Shown here in pieces: positions 23,561 to 35,870 of a stretch of DNA of 64,000 bases; within the stretch, counting starts at the first letter, position 1, and the number at the start of each line of letters is the position of its first letter. Made by a program: the position numbers and the translations under genes. The notes beneath the pieces were generated by a model. That model saw only the letters and a program-made list of their open reading frames with translations. It did not search any database and was not told where the DNA came from. The DNA is from Octopus sinensis (lineage: Eukaryota), in the NCBI RefSeq assembly GCF_006345805.1, contig NC_043003.1, positions 14,570,001-14,634,000 on the forward strand, written 5' to 3'.

Positions 23561-23824
23561 CGGGGTAGGGGTCAATTGAACTTTTGGGGTTGTAAGCTGA
23601 CATTCATATAAAAATTAAGAATACATGAAATGTAACTTTCTGATACAGATATTGCTGACCATCCAACGTAGTGAGGTACATACGAACGAACCTACTGCCA
23701 CACAGAAGCAGCAGTGGTAATCCTTTCACTTATGGCAGCATCAAACACTGCAGAGGGAGAACCTGAGGGAGTGAAGAATGATGGAGGGTAAATGTACAGA
23801 CACAAGCAAACATTCCAATCACTA

Positions 23825-24212
23825 GAGAGAGGGGGGAGAGGGGAGGGAGTGAGAGTGAGAGAGAGTGAAAGAGAGAGAGTTAGAGAGAATGAGAGAGAGA
23901 GAATGAGTGAGAGAGTGAGAGAGAGGAGAGGGAGATAGGAGAAAGAAGGAGAGTAAGAGAGAGAGTGAGAGAGAGACAGGGAGAGAATGAATGAGAGAGA
24001 GAGTGAGTGAGAGAGTGAGAGAGAGAGGGGAGGGAGGGAGAAGGAGAGACTAAGAAAGAGAGTGAGAGAGAATGAGAGAGAGGAGAGGGGGGTGAGAGAG
24101 AGAAAGTGGGGGTGAGAGTGAGAGAGAGCAAGGGAGAGTGGGAGAGAGAGTGAGAGAGAGAAAGTGGGGGAGAGAGAGTGAGGGAAAGAAAGTGAGAGAG
24201 AGTGAGATAGAG
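23825..24212. repeat. (GA)n-rich polypurine tract
   Basis: Direct reading. Confidence 0.95.
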
Positions 24213-24494
24213 AGATATATAAGTCACATACAATTCTTGGCTTGGTTGCCAAGACAGATCAACTCGACACCCGACACGTAACACATACTTGCAGGCCAGA
24301 GCCACCATTAGATGGCCATTGGTACCAATTAGCCTAGAGCCAGCCAGTGTATACTCAACACCCATAGCTATCAGAGTGGGGCCAGCGAGCCGTTAGCTGT
24401 GCCTTTACTGTTTAAAATTGCCCAGTTCTTGCAAGCTCAATGGCAACCACTAATGCCAAGAAGTGCAGACTGTATTCACAAGAATATTTGAAAT

Positions 24495-24815
24495 TTTGTT
24501 GCGTCTGGGGAAGAGTCATTTTCTTTTTGTGCCTTATTATTTAACACACTCACTGGTAAAATTTCCACTTATTTCTTATTTATATTTTCTAAAATTTTTG
24601 TTGCATGTTGCAGCCTTTTCAATAGTTTTGAAAATAAAAATAAGAAATAAGTGGAAAATAAAAATAAGAAATAAGTGGAAATTATACCGGTGAGTGTGTT
24701 AAATAATAGGGCACAAAAAGAAAATGACTCTCCCCAGACACAACAGAATATGCTTCAACACACGAACTCATATAAAGAATCTTGCAAACCAAATCCAAAA
24801 ACGAAATTTGAAATT
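24495..24815. repeat. Fold-back element family F (also 48950-49120 half copy and 51213-51416)
   Basis: GTCTGGGG.AGAGTCATTTTCTTTTTGTGCCTTATTATTTAACACACTCAC.GGTAAAATTTCCACTTATTTC... and its reverse complement 24640-24750. Confidence 0.85.
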
Positions 24816-24829
24816 TTGATTTGTATATT

Positions 24830-25365
24830 CATTTACTAATGAAACAATGCCTACGTGCCTGTTGAGAGACTTTCAATAATGATGCCATGAAGCCTGCAAA
24901 GATGAAAGACCACCATAACAGGATTCATTTCTGATAAGAAAAACAAAAATCTTGATTTTTTTTTGAAGAAGCTGAAATAAAAATTTAGAAATCAACCAAA
25001 TTTAAAGAAATTTTTTTAAAGCATTTGCCAGTGCTGATAATGAAGTTGGACTGAAGACATCATACAGTATCTCTCTTGAAATAGCAAAGAGGGGAAAATC
25101 ATATACCATTGGTGAAGAGATCATGATACCATCAATTAAAGATGTGATTGAAAAATGTTATGAAGAAAGACTCTCAACCTGTTCTAAAACACATGCCATT
25201 AAGTGCAAATACACATTGATGAGGTGGCCGATGATGTGGAGAGAATCTTGGAATCTGAGCTTCAACATTGCAAACATTTTATTCAGCTTGAGGAATCAAC
25301 TTTTGGCAGTTCAAATATTCTCATGGCCTGTGTGAGGAATTATAGTCCGAGCCTAAAGTTGACGA
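24830..25365 (+). mobile_element. hAT transposase remnant (Buster/Charlie, ZBED5/SCAND3-like)
   Basis: Fragments NDAMKPAKMKDH (BED-finger region), SYSISLEIAKRGKSYTIGEEIMIPSIKDVIE and HIDEVADDVERILESELQHCKHFIQLEEST...ILMACVR; frameshifted. Confidence 0.8.
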
Positions 25366-25384
25366 GTTTTTGTTTGCTAAATAC

Positions 25385-25575
25385 CTTAAACCTTTCTACT
25401 ATAAGCACAAGGTCTGAAATTGGGGAGAGGGGGACAATCAATTACATCGACCCCAGTACTCAACTGGTACTTAATTTAACTTAATTTATCGATCCCAAAA
25501 GGATGAAAGGCAAAGTCAACTTCGGCAGAATTTGAACTCAGAACGTAGCAGCAGAGGAAATACGCTGAGCATTTT
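25385..25575 (-). mobile_element. SINE group C copy
   Basis: TTTCTACTATAAGCACAAGGTCTGAAATT...GGATGAAAGGCAAAGTCAAC...GAATTTGAACTCAGAAC. Confidence 0.75.
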
Positions 25576-25639
25576 ACCTGGTGTGCTAACTTTCTTATTT
25601 CTTTACTGCCCACAAAGGGCTACACACATAGGGGATAAA

Positions 25640-25960
25640 CAAGAACAGGCAAACGGACGATTTGACAGGACTGGCAAAATAGATGGCTGCACCAGGCTCC
25701 AATCTGATCTGGAAGAATTTCTACAGCTGGATGCCCTTCCTAATGCCAACCACTTTGAGAGTGTAGTGGGTGATTTTTCGTGCCACCAGCACAAGGGCCA
25801 GTCAGGTGGTACTGGCAATGGCCATGCTCAAATGGTGTTTTTTATGTGCCACCTGCACAGGAGCCAGTCCAGCAGCACTGGCAACAACCTCGCTCAAATG
25901 TTTTTCACGTGCCACTGGCACAAGTGCCAGTAAAGCGACGCTGGTAATGAACACAACGAC
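25640..25960 (-). mobile_element. RTE LINE 3' UTR fragment (older subfamily)
   Basis: CAGCTGGATGCCCTTCCTAATGCCAACCAC plus repeat units. Confidence 0.75.
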
Positions 25961-26872
25961 AAGCTTTTTCTCATTCTCCGTTATTCCTCTTCTGGCCAAT
26001 TTCGACCCAGTTATTAAATTCGTTGCTACTAAATGAGTTACACCATTCCATGTACAGCAATTTATACTAAAAGAAGTAGTTAACAATGATTACTGCCACA
26101 CAAAGGACTTAAGAATTTTAAAAGAAATTTAATAAGACAATTGGTGACTTTGACTTATTCTATTTCTTTCTTACAAACCTTTATTTCTCTTGCCTTTGAC
26201 TTTGCAAACACATTCACAAGTTCTTTTGCAATCCTGTCATGTGCCTTCTATTGTTCCTTAATAGAAATTGTGACCAATCCATAGAACTTGTTGGCACAAG
26301 TTGTCAAATGTCCATAGAGTCTGATGTGTTCAAATTTAGAAAAATCTGGCAGATTTACAAGAATCTTCTAATTTACTGGAACAAATGTATTCAGTATCAT
26401 CCTTTGAAAAATTCTGTACTGTAATTTCCCTCACTCTCGTTTTCAGTTCATGTCTCTTCATCCTAAAGTATAAATATCAGAATGTCCATTGTATTAGAAT
26501 CAAAGACAATTCTTGGCAATGTTGAAGCATCTCCGTATTTGATTCTATGACCATTCTATGACCAATTTAGCAGCATCATACAAGAAGTCAAAGACTTAAC
26601 TTATTTATCTTTATTTGTCATTGGATTGTGGCCATCCTGGGGCATCATCTTAAAATTTTTTTGTCAAATTAATCGACTCCAGGCTGTTGCTTTTTTAAGT
26701 AACTTTTTGCTGATCTGCTAAGTCATGAGGGACATAAACAAACCAATGCTTGTTGTCAAGAAGTGGGTGTGGGACAAACACACACATAAGGACATACACA
26801 TCTATCTGTCTGTCTGTTTCCCTGTCTGTCTGTCTGCCTGTCTGTATGTATCTATGTATCTATCTATTTCTA

Positions 26873-26903
<31 letters not shown>

Positions 26904-27034
26904 ACACACACACGCACGCACGCACACACACACACACACACACCACACACACACACACACAGATATATATATGTATATGTATATATATAATATATATATA
27001 TATATTTATATTATATATATATATGTGTGTGTGT

Positions 27035-27078
<44 letters not shown>

Positions 27079-27084
27079 ATATAT

Positions 27085-27440
27085 ATACATACACAGAGGA
27101 CTGCCTGACTGGCTCCCTTGCCATTGGCACGTAAAAAGCACCACCTAAATGTGGCCAATGCCAGTGCCCCCCTGACTGGCTCCTGTGCCAGTAGCACATA
27201 AGAAGCACCATCTGAACGTGATTGATGCTAGGCCCACTTGACTGACTTCTGTGCAGGTGGCATGTAAAAAGCACCCACTATACTCTTGGAGTGGTTGGCA
27301 TTAAGTAAGGGTATCCAGCTGTAGAAACATTGCCAGATCAGATTGGAGCCTGGTGTGGCCTCCTGGCTTGCCAGTCCCCAGTCAAACCGTCCAACACATA
27401 CCAGCATGGAAAATGGACATTAAGCAATGATGATGATCAT
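27085..27440 (+). mobile_element. RTE LINE 3' end next to (TA)n
   Basis: Three repeat units, terminal segment, short (GAT)n. Confidence 0.75.
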
Positions 27441-27446
27441 GATATA

Positions 27447-27504
<58 letters not shown>

Positions 27505-27922
27505 TACACACACACACACTCACACACATACATATATTTGTAAGGGAAGTAATCGTTCCCATCTCCAGCCTGATGTAATACACACAGATCTGAGTTTCTG
27601 AGTATTGACCTGTCATCAACATGTGACAACCACTCGTTGGCGATGGGCTTCCACACAGTTTCCATGTACTAAATTCACTAACAAAGCATTGGTCAGCCTG
27701 TTGCTATAGCAGAAGATACTTGCTCAAGGTGTTACACATCTTTCTTTGGTTGATTTACGAATGGTATCGAAAATCACAAAACAAAATTCAAGTTTAAATT
27801 TCACTTGAGTCCTCATCTGCAGCCTTAGCCATTGACATGTAACTGGGCAAAGCTTAATGTCTAAAACCATGTAGTGGTTCCTAAAGATCTAATGACAGAA
27901 ACATGCAGGGGTGGCTTTATAG

Positions 27923-28535
27923 GCACAGGAGTGGCTGTGTCGTAAGTAGCTTGCTTACCAACCACATGGTTACAGGTTCAGTCCCACTGCGTGGCACCTT
28001 GGGCAAGTGTTTTCTACTATAGCCTCGGGCCGACCAAAGCCTTGTGAGTTGATTTGGTTGAGGGAAACTGGAAGAAGCCTGTTGTATATATGTATATATA
28101 TATGTATGTATGTATATGTATGTATATGTATGTATTGGATTGGCTGTGTGGTAAGTAGTTTGCTTGCCAACCACATGGTTATGAGTTCAGTCCCACTGCA
28201 TGGCACCTTGGGCAAATGTCTTCTACTATAGCCTCAGGCCGACCAAAGCCTTGTGAGTGGATTTGGTAGACAGAAACTGAAAGAATCCTGTCGTATATAT
28301 GTATATATGTGTGTGTGTATATGTTTGTATGTTTGTGTTTGCCCCCGCCAACATCACTTGACAACCAATGCTGGTGTGTTTATGTCCCTGTAACTTAGCA
28401 GTTCGGCAAAAGAGACTGATAGAATAAGTACTAGGCTTACAAAAGAATAAGTCCTGGGATTGATTTGCTCGACTAAAGGTGGTGCTCCAGCATAGCCGCA
28501 GCCAAATGACTCAAACAAGTAAAAGAATAAAAGAA
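27923..28535 (+). mobile_element. Two tandem SINE group A copies (5' half 27923-28135; full 28139-28535)
   Basis: Two heads GGCTGTGT.GTAAGTAG in the same orientation separated by (TA)/(TG). Confidence 0.85.
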
Positions 28536-29754
28536 TTTCAATTCATGCATTGATGCCTGTCTTCGTCAACATAGCAGGAGTCGCAATGCTTCCTCTCAGC
28601 TTCCCCATCTTGTGTCATATAGTGTAGTAGAATCAATGTTTTACGAATACACTCTGATGGTGCATCAAACTTAGAAAGAGAAACCCAACTTTTGCAAGAG
28701 ATCACAAGATATTCTGCTGCCTCTGTTCAACAGTATACTGTTGCCATTGACAACCAGGTTTAATGAACAAGCAGTGCAGAGAATAAAAAAAAGAATTTCT
28801 GGGCTCATCTTGTATCATTTGTTTCTAAACGTCTTTATGTTTGCCTTCATTGTTTGTCTTACATTATTCTAGCTTTACCTTTACATGTTAGGTAAACTTA
28901 AGGACAAGCCCTCAAGCTGTAGAGTTCTATATCAAATAAGCACCTATTGATTCTTTTGCAGCAACAGACCATAGAAAATGTTCTCATATGTTCAGAGTCA
29001 TGGACTGAGCCATTGAAGTCTTGATGTCTGCAAAACATATAATAACTGCCATCTGCTCAGTGTAGCTTAAACAAGAAACGCAGACAATGGTTAAAGTAAG
29101 TATTTGGTGTTTATTTTACAGACTGTACAATCTTAGCTTCGATTGCATTTGCTAATATCTTAGCTTTGCTTGTATTTGCTAATATCCAAGCAAATTCATT
29201 CTGCATGGTTCTGTCACGATAATGCAGTTTCGCCTCATTGTCTTTTGTTCTGCCTTCATGTCCTCCATCACAGAATCAAATAGGGATAATAATTCAATGA
29301 ATCTAACGAAATTCCCATTTTGTTGAGCATGCAAAATGTCCTTGCATCCATCGAAGGCAAGCTTCTACACTGCAAAGAAACTTGATTAATCTTTCTAAAG
29401 ATCTATGCCAATATTTCTGCTTCTTTTCAGTAAAAGCTTTATTTGCATTCCAGTTCCTTCCATTTATAGTAATTACTGATGTAATTATAACGATATTAGA
29501 TTGACAGAATTGGTAAAGTGTTGGACTAAATGGTTGACCAATTGACAAACAAAAAATAAAGAAGTGAAATAAAACCAGTGTGTGTGTGTGTATTTATTAT
29601 TGGCATGCAAAGTTTCTTAGGATCCATCTAAGGTAGCCCTCTGCAACCTGGTATGCTGTGGCACACTGATGTGCTGTGAGACGACGCTAAGTGTGTTGCA
29701 TTGCAACCTGAGTATAATTTTTCCCTTGTACTTTTAGTTGTATCGTTAGTTCAG

Positions 29755-29910
29755 GCCTGGCTGTGTGGTAAGAAGCTTGCTTCCCAACCACATGGTTCCG
29801 GGTTCAGTCCCACTGCATGGCACCTTGGACAAGTGTCTTCTACTATAGCCTTGAGCCGACCAAAGCCTTGTGAGTGGATTTGGTAGATGGAAACTGAAAG
29901 AAGCCTGTCA
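29755..29910 (+). mobile_element. SINE group A, 5' half
   Basis: Consensus match to ...GAAACTGAAAGAAGCCTGTC. Confidence 0.8.
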
Positions 29911-30250
29911 CAAACGCCACGCATCCACTTCCAAGTAAGTTTTATCTTAATAATTATGATGCGCAATATTAACTCTTAATTTGACCTTTCCTCCCTACTT
30001 TTCCTCCAAGCCGTCTCTCTCCCTCTCTTATTCTTCATCCTTTCTGGTTTTCTCTCCCAGTTTCTTTTCTTCTCCTCTCCTTTCACTGTTCCCTCTCTCT
30101 TACTCCTCCTCCCTCTCATCGCTGACATGAGACTAGAGGGTATCTTTCTTTCTGACTACTGCCTTCAACAAGTCTACACGGCTTATCCTGTCCTTGTAAG
30201 CCATTTTCTCAATGCGTTCAAAATAATTATGCCAGTTATAAATATACACA

Positions 30251-30652
30251 CTCTTTTACTCTTTTACTTGTTTCAGTCATTTGACTGCGGCCATGCTGGA
30301 GCACCGCCTTTGATCGAGCAACTCGACCCCGGGACTTATTCTTTTGTAAGCCCAGTACTTATTCTAACGGTCTCTTTTGCCGAACCGCTAAGTAACGGGG
30401 ACATAAACACATCAGCATCGGTTGTCAAGCAATGCTAGGGGGACAAACACAGACACACAAACACACACACGCACATATATATATACATATATACGATGGG
30501 CTTCTTTCAGTTTCTGTCTACCAAATCCACTCACAAGGCTTTGGTCGCCCCGAGGCTATAGTATAAGACACTTGCCTGAGGTGCCATGCAGTGGGACTGA
30601 ACCCGGAACCATGTGGTTGGTAAACAAGCTACTTACCACACAGCCACTCCTG
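30251..30652 (-). mobile_element. SINE group A, full length
   Basis: Reverse complement of the consensus from head to CTCTTTTACTCTTTTAC tail. Confidence 0.9.
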
Positions 30653-30654
30653 TT

Positions 30655-30874
30655 TAACTTCTTTCTTTTTTTTTTATTTACCAGTTGGTTAGCCATTTAG
30701 TCCAACACTTATCCAATTCTCTCAATCTAATACTGTTATAATTACATGAGTAATGACCACAAATGGAAAGAACTGGAATGAAAATGAAGCATTTGTGGAA
30801 AATAAAAGAGAAATGGCAAGAATTTATTGACCTTTTTCTTTCTTTTAAAAATTGGCACAAACTTTCTGGACAAC

Positions 30875-30880
<6 letters not shown>
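30655..30880 (-). mobile_element. Mariner-type non-autonomous element end (related diverged copy inverted at about 29390-29570)
   Basis: Minus-strand start TA-TTGGGTTGTCCAGAAAGTTTGTGCC resembles the TIR of the mariner at 59698-60974 and abuts (TA)n. Confidence 0.55.
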
Positions 30881-30927
<47 letters not shown>

Positions 30928-31017
30928 AAAATGAGTGAGCAGACAAACAAAAGAAGGGCACTCAACACATTCATTGAAAGTTACATGTATGGATCAAACA
31001 GTTTGATGCATAGATCA

Positions 31018-31300
31018 TCATCATCATCATCATCATCATCGTCGTTGTCATTGCCGTCATCATTGCTGTCAGGATCGTCGTCATCGTCATCATCATCGTT
31101 TAACGTCCACTTTTCATGCTGACATGGGTTTGATGGGTTCAACTGAGGACTGGCAAGCTGGGAGGCTGCTCCAGGCTCCAATCTGATTTGGCAAGGTTTC
31201 TACAGCTGGACCCCCTTTCTAACGCCAACCACTCCAAGAGAGTATAGTGGGAGCCAGTCAGGTGGCACTGGCATCAACCACACTTGAATGGTGCTTATAC
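31018..31300 (-). mobile_element. RTE LINE 3' end with degenerate (CAT)n tail
   Basis: CATCGTTTAACGTCCACTTTTCATGCTGACATGGG... Confidence 0.7.
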
Positions 31301-31414
31301 AGACCTGGCATTCCAGACACAACCCAAGCACACCTTGGATTAAATTAACCAAAGAGTACTTCTTATTCTTAGACAGTAGAGTACAATCTGAACATCACCT
31401 AAGTACTACTTCTT

Positions 31415-31822
31415 ATTTCTTTATTGCCCACGAAAGGTTAAACACAGAGGGGACAAACAAGGACAGACAAAGGGATTAAGTAGATTACATCAACATCAGT
31501 GCGTAACTGGTACTTAATTTATTGACCCCGAAAGGATGAAAGGCAAAGTCGACATCAGCGGAATTTGAACTCAGAACGCAAAAGCAGATGAAATAACTAT
31601 TTCTTTACTACCCACAAAGGGCTAAACATACAGGGAACAAACAAGGACAGACAAAGGGATTGAGTAGATTACATCAACCTCAGTGCATAACTGGTACTTA
31701 ATTTATCAACCCCGAAAGGATGAAATGCAAAGTCGACCTCGGCAGAATTTGAACTCAGAACATAACGGCGGACGAAATACCGCTAAGCATTTCGCCCGGT
31801 ATGCTAACGCTTCTGCCAGCTC
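31415..31822 (-). mobile_element. Two tandem SINE group C variant copies
   Basis: TTTCTTTA.T.CCCAC.AAGG.TAAACA.A.AGGG.ACAAACAAGGACAGACAAAGGGATT occurs twice (about 31417 and 31599); the head is at 31760-31822. Confidence 0.8.
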
Positions 31823-32317
31823 GCTGCCTTCCTTTTTTTTGACTACTACTTCTGACACACCATGTGATCCCACTGGCGCTCCCTCTCCCTTGCCTATATC
31901 TATATATTTCCATGCAATGATTGCATGCTTCTCCTGTGCATTGATGTTACTAAAACATGATTACTTTGGAATTTTAATAATTCCTATCTCATGTTTTACC
32001 AACTTGTGGATCGTATATTTTATGACTTTGCAAATATTGTCACCTAAGAAAACTGACACTTTATTTCGTGTTTGTATGCAGAACTTGTATTCAAATTTTA
32101 AACATATATTTATCATTGTTACTGTTGGTGTTGTTGTTGTTGTTATTGTTATGTTTATTTTTTATTGTAATTTTATTATCAAATGCTTGTTTGTTTAAGC
32201 AGGTATTGCCTCGGTGTTTCCAAATGTGAAATAAGGTTTAAACAATATCTAAAATATTGAACACTGTGGCTTGGGTGTCCTACATCATTAACAACAACAA
32301 CAACAACAACAACGAGG

Positions 32318-32348
<31 letters not shown>

Positions 32349-32352
<4 letters not shown>

Positions 32353-32770
32353 CATCGTCCGCTTTCCATGCTAGCATGGGTTGGACAATTTGACTGAGGA
32401 CTGGTGAACCAGATGGCTGCACCAGGCTCCAGTCTGATCTGGCAGAGTTTCTACAGCTGGATGCCCTTCCTAATGCCAACCACTCTGAGAGTGTAGTGGG
32501 TGCTTTTACGTGCCACTGGCACGAGGGCCATTCAGGCAGTACTGGCAATGACCATGCTCAAACGGGCTTTTTTTTAACGTGCCACCTGCACAGGAGTCAG
32601 TCTGATGGCACTGGCAATGACTTCGCTCGAATGTTTTTTCATGTGTCAGTAAGGCGACGCTGGTAATGATCATGCGCAAATGGTGCGTTTTATGTGCCAC
32701 TGGCTCGGAAGCCAGTATGCTGCTCTGACAACAATCATGCTCGGATTGTGCTCTTAGTGCTCCACTAGCA
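32349..32770 (-). mobile_element. RTE LINE 3' end between (TAA)n arrays
   Basis: Terminal segment plus four repeat units. Confidence 0.8.
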
Positions 32771-32817
32771 CAATAATAATAATAATGATGATAATAATAA
32801 TAATAATAATAATGATG

Positions 32818-32867
<50 letters not shown>

Positions 32868-32868
<1 letters not shown>

Positions 32869-33195
32869 GTGCCCTGGGAATGATAGCAAAAGGGGCTGAT
32901 CGCTACCTAACTCAGATACCAGGAAACCCCAAAATGGCAGAAATTCAAAAGATAGTGCTCATGGGAACTGCTCATATCCTACGCAAAATACTTTCTATGT
33001 AATCTCAAGTTTTAAAACAAACATAATTTTCATATGGTTTTTTAGACATTCTCTAGAACAATACTATGTACAAAACCAAATATATGGCACCCTAGGCATA
33101 ACAACAATACAAACTTCCAACCTGTTGCCTCTTGAGGTCTCTGGGTGAGACTTGGAGCCAACTTGTACAAATATAAAGCAAAAGTCAAACATAGA

Positions 33196-33197
<2 letters not shown>
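32868..33197 (+). mobile_element. Dong/R4 3' fragment in (TAA)n
   Basis: GALGMIAKGADRYLTQIPGNPKMAEIQKIVLMGTAHILRKILSM* plus the 3' UTR matching 18481-18809, flanked by TAA arrays. Confidence 0.9.
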
Positions 33198-33239
<42 letters not shown>

Positions 33240-33246
33240 CATAATG

Positions 33247-33305
<59 letters not shown>

Positions 33306-33307
<2 letters not shown>

Positions 33308-33388
33308 ACTTCCAACTTGTCTCTTGAGGTCTCTGGGGGAGACTTAGAGCCAACTTGTACAAATGTAAAGCAAAAGTCAAACATAAAA
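33306..33388 (+). mobile_element. Dong/R4 ultra-short 3' end in (TAA)n
   Basis: GAACTTCCAACTTGTCTCTTGAGGTCTCTGGG.GAGACTT.GAGCCAACTTGTACAAA..TAAAGCAAAAGTCAAACATA matches the last ~80 nt of the Dong UTR. Confidence 0.85.
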
Positions 33389-33399
33389 TAATAATAGTA

Positions 33400-33615
33400 A
33401 TAATGGGTTCAAATTTTGCCACAAGGGCAGTCATTTTGGGGGAGGGGATGCGTTGATTACATCAACCCCACTGTTCAACTAATACTTAATTTATCGACCC
33501 CAAAAGGATGAAAGACAAAGTCAGCCTTGGCGGAATTTGAACTCAGAACGTAGCAGCAGATGAAACACTGCCAACATTTCGTCCGCCATGCTAATGATTC
33601 TGCCAGCTCACCACC

Positions 33616-33618
<3 letters not shown>
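33400..33618 (-). mobile_element. SINE group C copy
   Basis: Consensus match ending CTGCCAGCTCACCACCTT. Confidence 0.8.
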
Positions 33619-33709
<91 letters not shown>

Positions 33710-33720
33710 TAATAATAATA

Positions 33721-34760
33721 AGATTCATGCCTACCTATAATCAATAAGATCAATGCCTACTTACAAGAAGCTACGAGGCCAACATCTTAAAGAATGGCAG
33801 TAACCTAACATGTCATGTTTGTAACCAACAAAATGGAACCATTCATCATGTTGTCTCCATGTCTGGCCTTGTTGCACCTACAGATTATCTCAGCATGGTA
33901 GAGTGCCACAGTATATTCACTGGATAATCCGCAAAGACTTTGATCTGTCCCATGATAAAAATTGGTGGAAACACAAACCACCTCCAGTGCTTGAAAATAA
34001 TCACATCTCACTGCTTTGAAACTTTACTATTCAAACTGACAGAAAGATAGATGCAAATAGGCCAGACATTATATTGAGGAATTTCAGACAAAAATCCTTT
34101 CTACTATAGGCACGAGGCCTGAAATTGTAGGGATGGAGACTAGTTGATTAAATTGACCCCAGTGTTTCACTGGTACTTAATTTATCGATCCTGAAAGGAT
34201 GAAAGGTAAAGTCGACCTCGGCAGAATTTGAACTCAGAACATAGCTTCAGACGAAATACCACTAAGCATTTCGTCCAGTGTACTAACAATTCTGCCCGCT
34301 CACCGCCCTTCTTTCAGACAAAAATCATGCCTCCTCATCGATAAGACAGTCACAATCAACATAAACGTATCTGTGAAGACCTACCAAAAACTGAGCAACT
34401 ATAAAGGTCTTGAAATAAAAATCGGCAAAATGTGGAACCTGAAGACTAAAACAATACCTGTTGTCATAGGTGCCCTACGAATGATAGCAAAAAGGGCTGA
34501 TTGCTACCTAGCTCAGATACCAGGAAATCCAAAAATGAAAGAAATTAAAAAAATAGTGTCCATGGGAACTGCTCATATCCTACCAAAAATATTGTCTATG
34601 TAATCCCTAAAACATTTTAATCTGTAAACAGTGTCAAAATACTTTTAAATGTATATTATAGCAAACACATTTTGCTATCATCTTAACATAACAGTATCAT
34701 CTTATAATCAAATTACTTGTAAAACAAACTTCTAATTTTCTTAAGTTTTTACAGACATTC
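33721..34760 (+). mobile_element. Decayed Dong/R4 copy interrupted by a SINE
   Basis: DQCLLTRSYEANILKNGSNLTCHVC..., RPDIIL, KTYQKLSNYKGLEIKIGKMWNLKTKTIPVVIGAL...ILSM*; starts right after TAA array 33619-33720. Confidence 0.85.
34097..34311 (-). mobile_element. SINE group C, full length, with 15-bp TSD
   Basis: TTTCAGACAAAAATC at 34082-34096 and 34312-34326. Confidence 0.92.
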
Positions 34761-35256
34761 TCTAGAGCAGATGGACAAACCAACGCCGATGAAAACATAA
34801 CCTCCTTCCTTGGCAGATGTAATAATGATGATATTAATAATGATTTCAAATTTTGTCACAAGGCCTGCAATTTCGGGGTAGGGGTAAGTCAATTACATCG
34901 ACTCCAGTGCTCAACTGGTATGTACTTTATCAACCCTGAAAATTTGAAAAGTAAAGTTGACCTCAGCAGAATTTGAACTCAGAATGTAAAGACAGACGAA
35001 GTTTTTACAGACATTCTCTAGAGCAGATGGACAAACCAACGCCGATGAAAACATAACCTCCTTCCTTGGCAGATGTAATAATGATGATATTAATAATGAT
35101 TTCAAATTTTGTCACAAGGCCTGCAATTTCGGGGTAGGTGTAAGTCAATTACATCGACCCCAGTGCTCAACTGGTACGTACGTTATCAACCTTGAAAATT
35201 TGAAAAGTAAAGTTGACCTCAGCAGAATTTGAACTCAGAATGTAAAGACAGACGAA
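34745..35256. repeat. 256-bp tandem duplication (2 copies)
   Basis: 34745-35000 and 35001-35256 differ at only a handful of sites. Confidence 0.92.
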
Positions 35257-35505
35257 ATGCTGGCCATATAAACAGACAAATAGTTTCTCAGTTTCTGTCT
35301 GTCTGTCCGTCTGTCTCTCTCACAGGTGTGGCTGTATGATAAGAAACTTATTTACCAGTGACATGGTTCCAGGTTCAGTCCCACTGCGTGACATCTTGGG
35401 CAAGTATCTTCTACTACAGCCCCTGGTCAACCAAAGTCTTGTGAATCGATTTGGTAGACAGAAACTGAAAGAAGTCTGTCATATATGTCCACATATATGT
35501 ATATA

Positions 35506-35870
35506 CGAGCAAAACGCCCCCTGTCCAATGGACGGTGCTGAGTTGTCAAACATTTAAACAAAATTTTCTCAAAACAACTTGTCCGACCATCCGAAAGGCC
35601 TCCCCTTTGAGAAACACTGATTTAACCTAAATTTGAGACACCAGCAAAAGACAGATTTCGACTGATGTACTTGCACGTACAAATGCACGTTCCCACGGCT
35701 TTATCAATCGCATTCTCACCTGGAATCGACTTTTGTAATTTTTTCAAGACTTATACATGCCCTGATACTGTCGGTATCTGCAGATCAAATTTGAGCGCAA
35801 TCGGATGGAAGATGCCCGAGATCATAGAAGACACACACACAGACAGACAGAACGGATTTTATATAATAGA
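35506..35870 (-). mobile_element. Small non-autonomous Helitron-like element
   Basis: Minus strand begins A|TCTATTATATAAAATCCGTTCTGTCTGTCTGTGTGTG and ends with a hairpin (35520-35534) then CTCG|T, a CTAG variant. Confidence 0.6.

Noticed and set aside
28955-29105. Acceptor TTCTTTTGCAG and donor GTAAGT on the plus strand
   Set aside because: Stops in all three frames between them; no coding support. A non-coding exon cannot be excluded.
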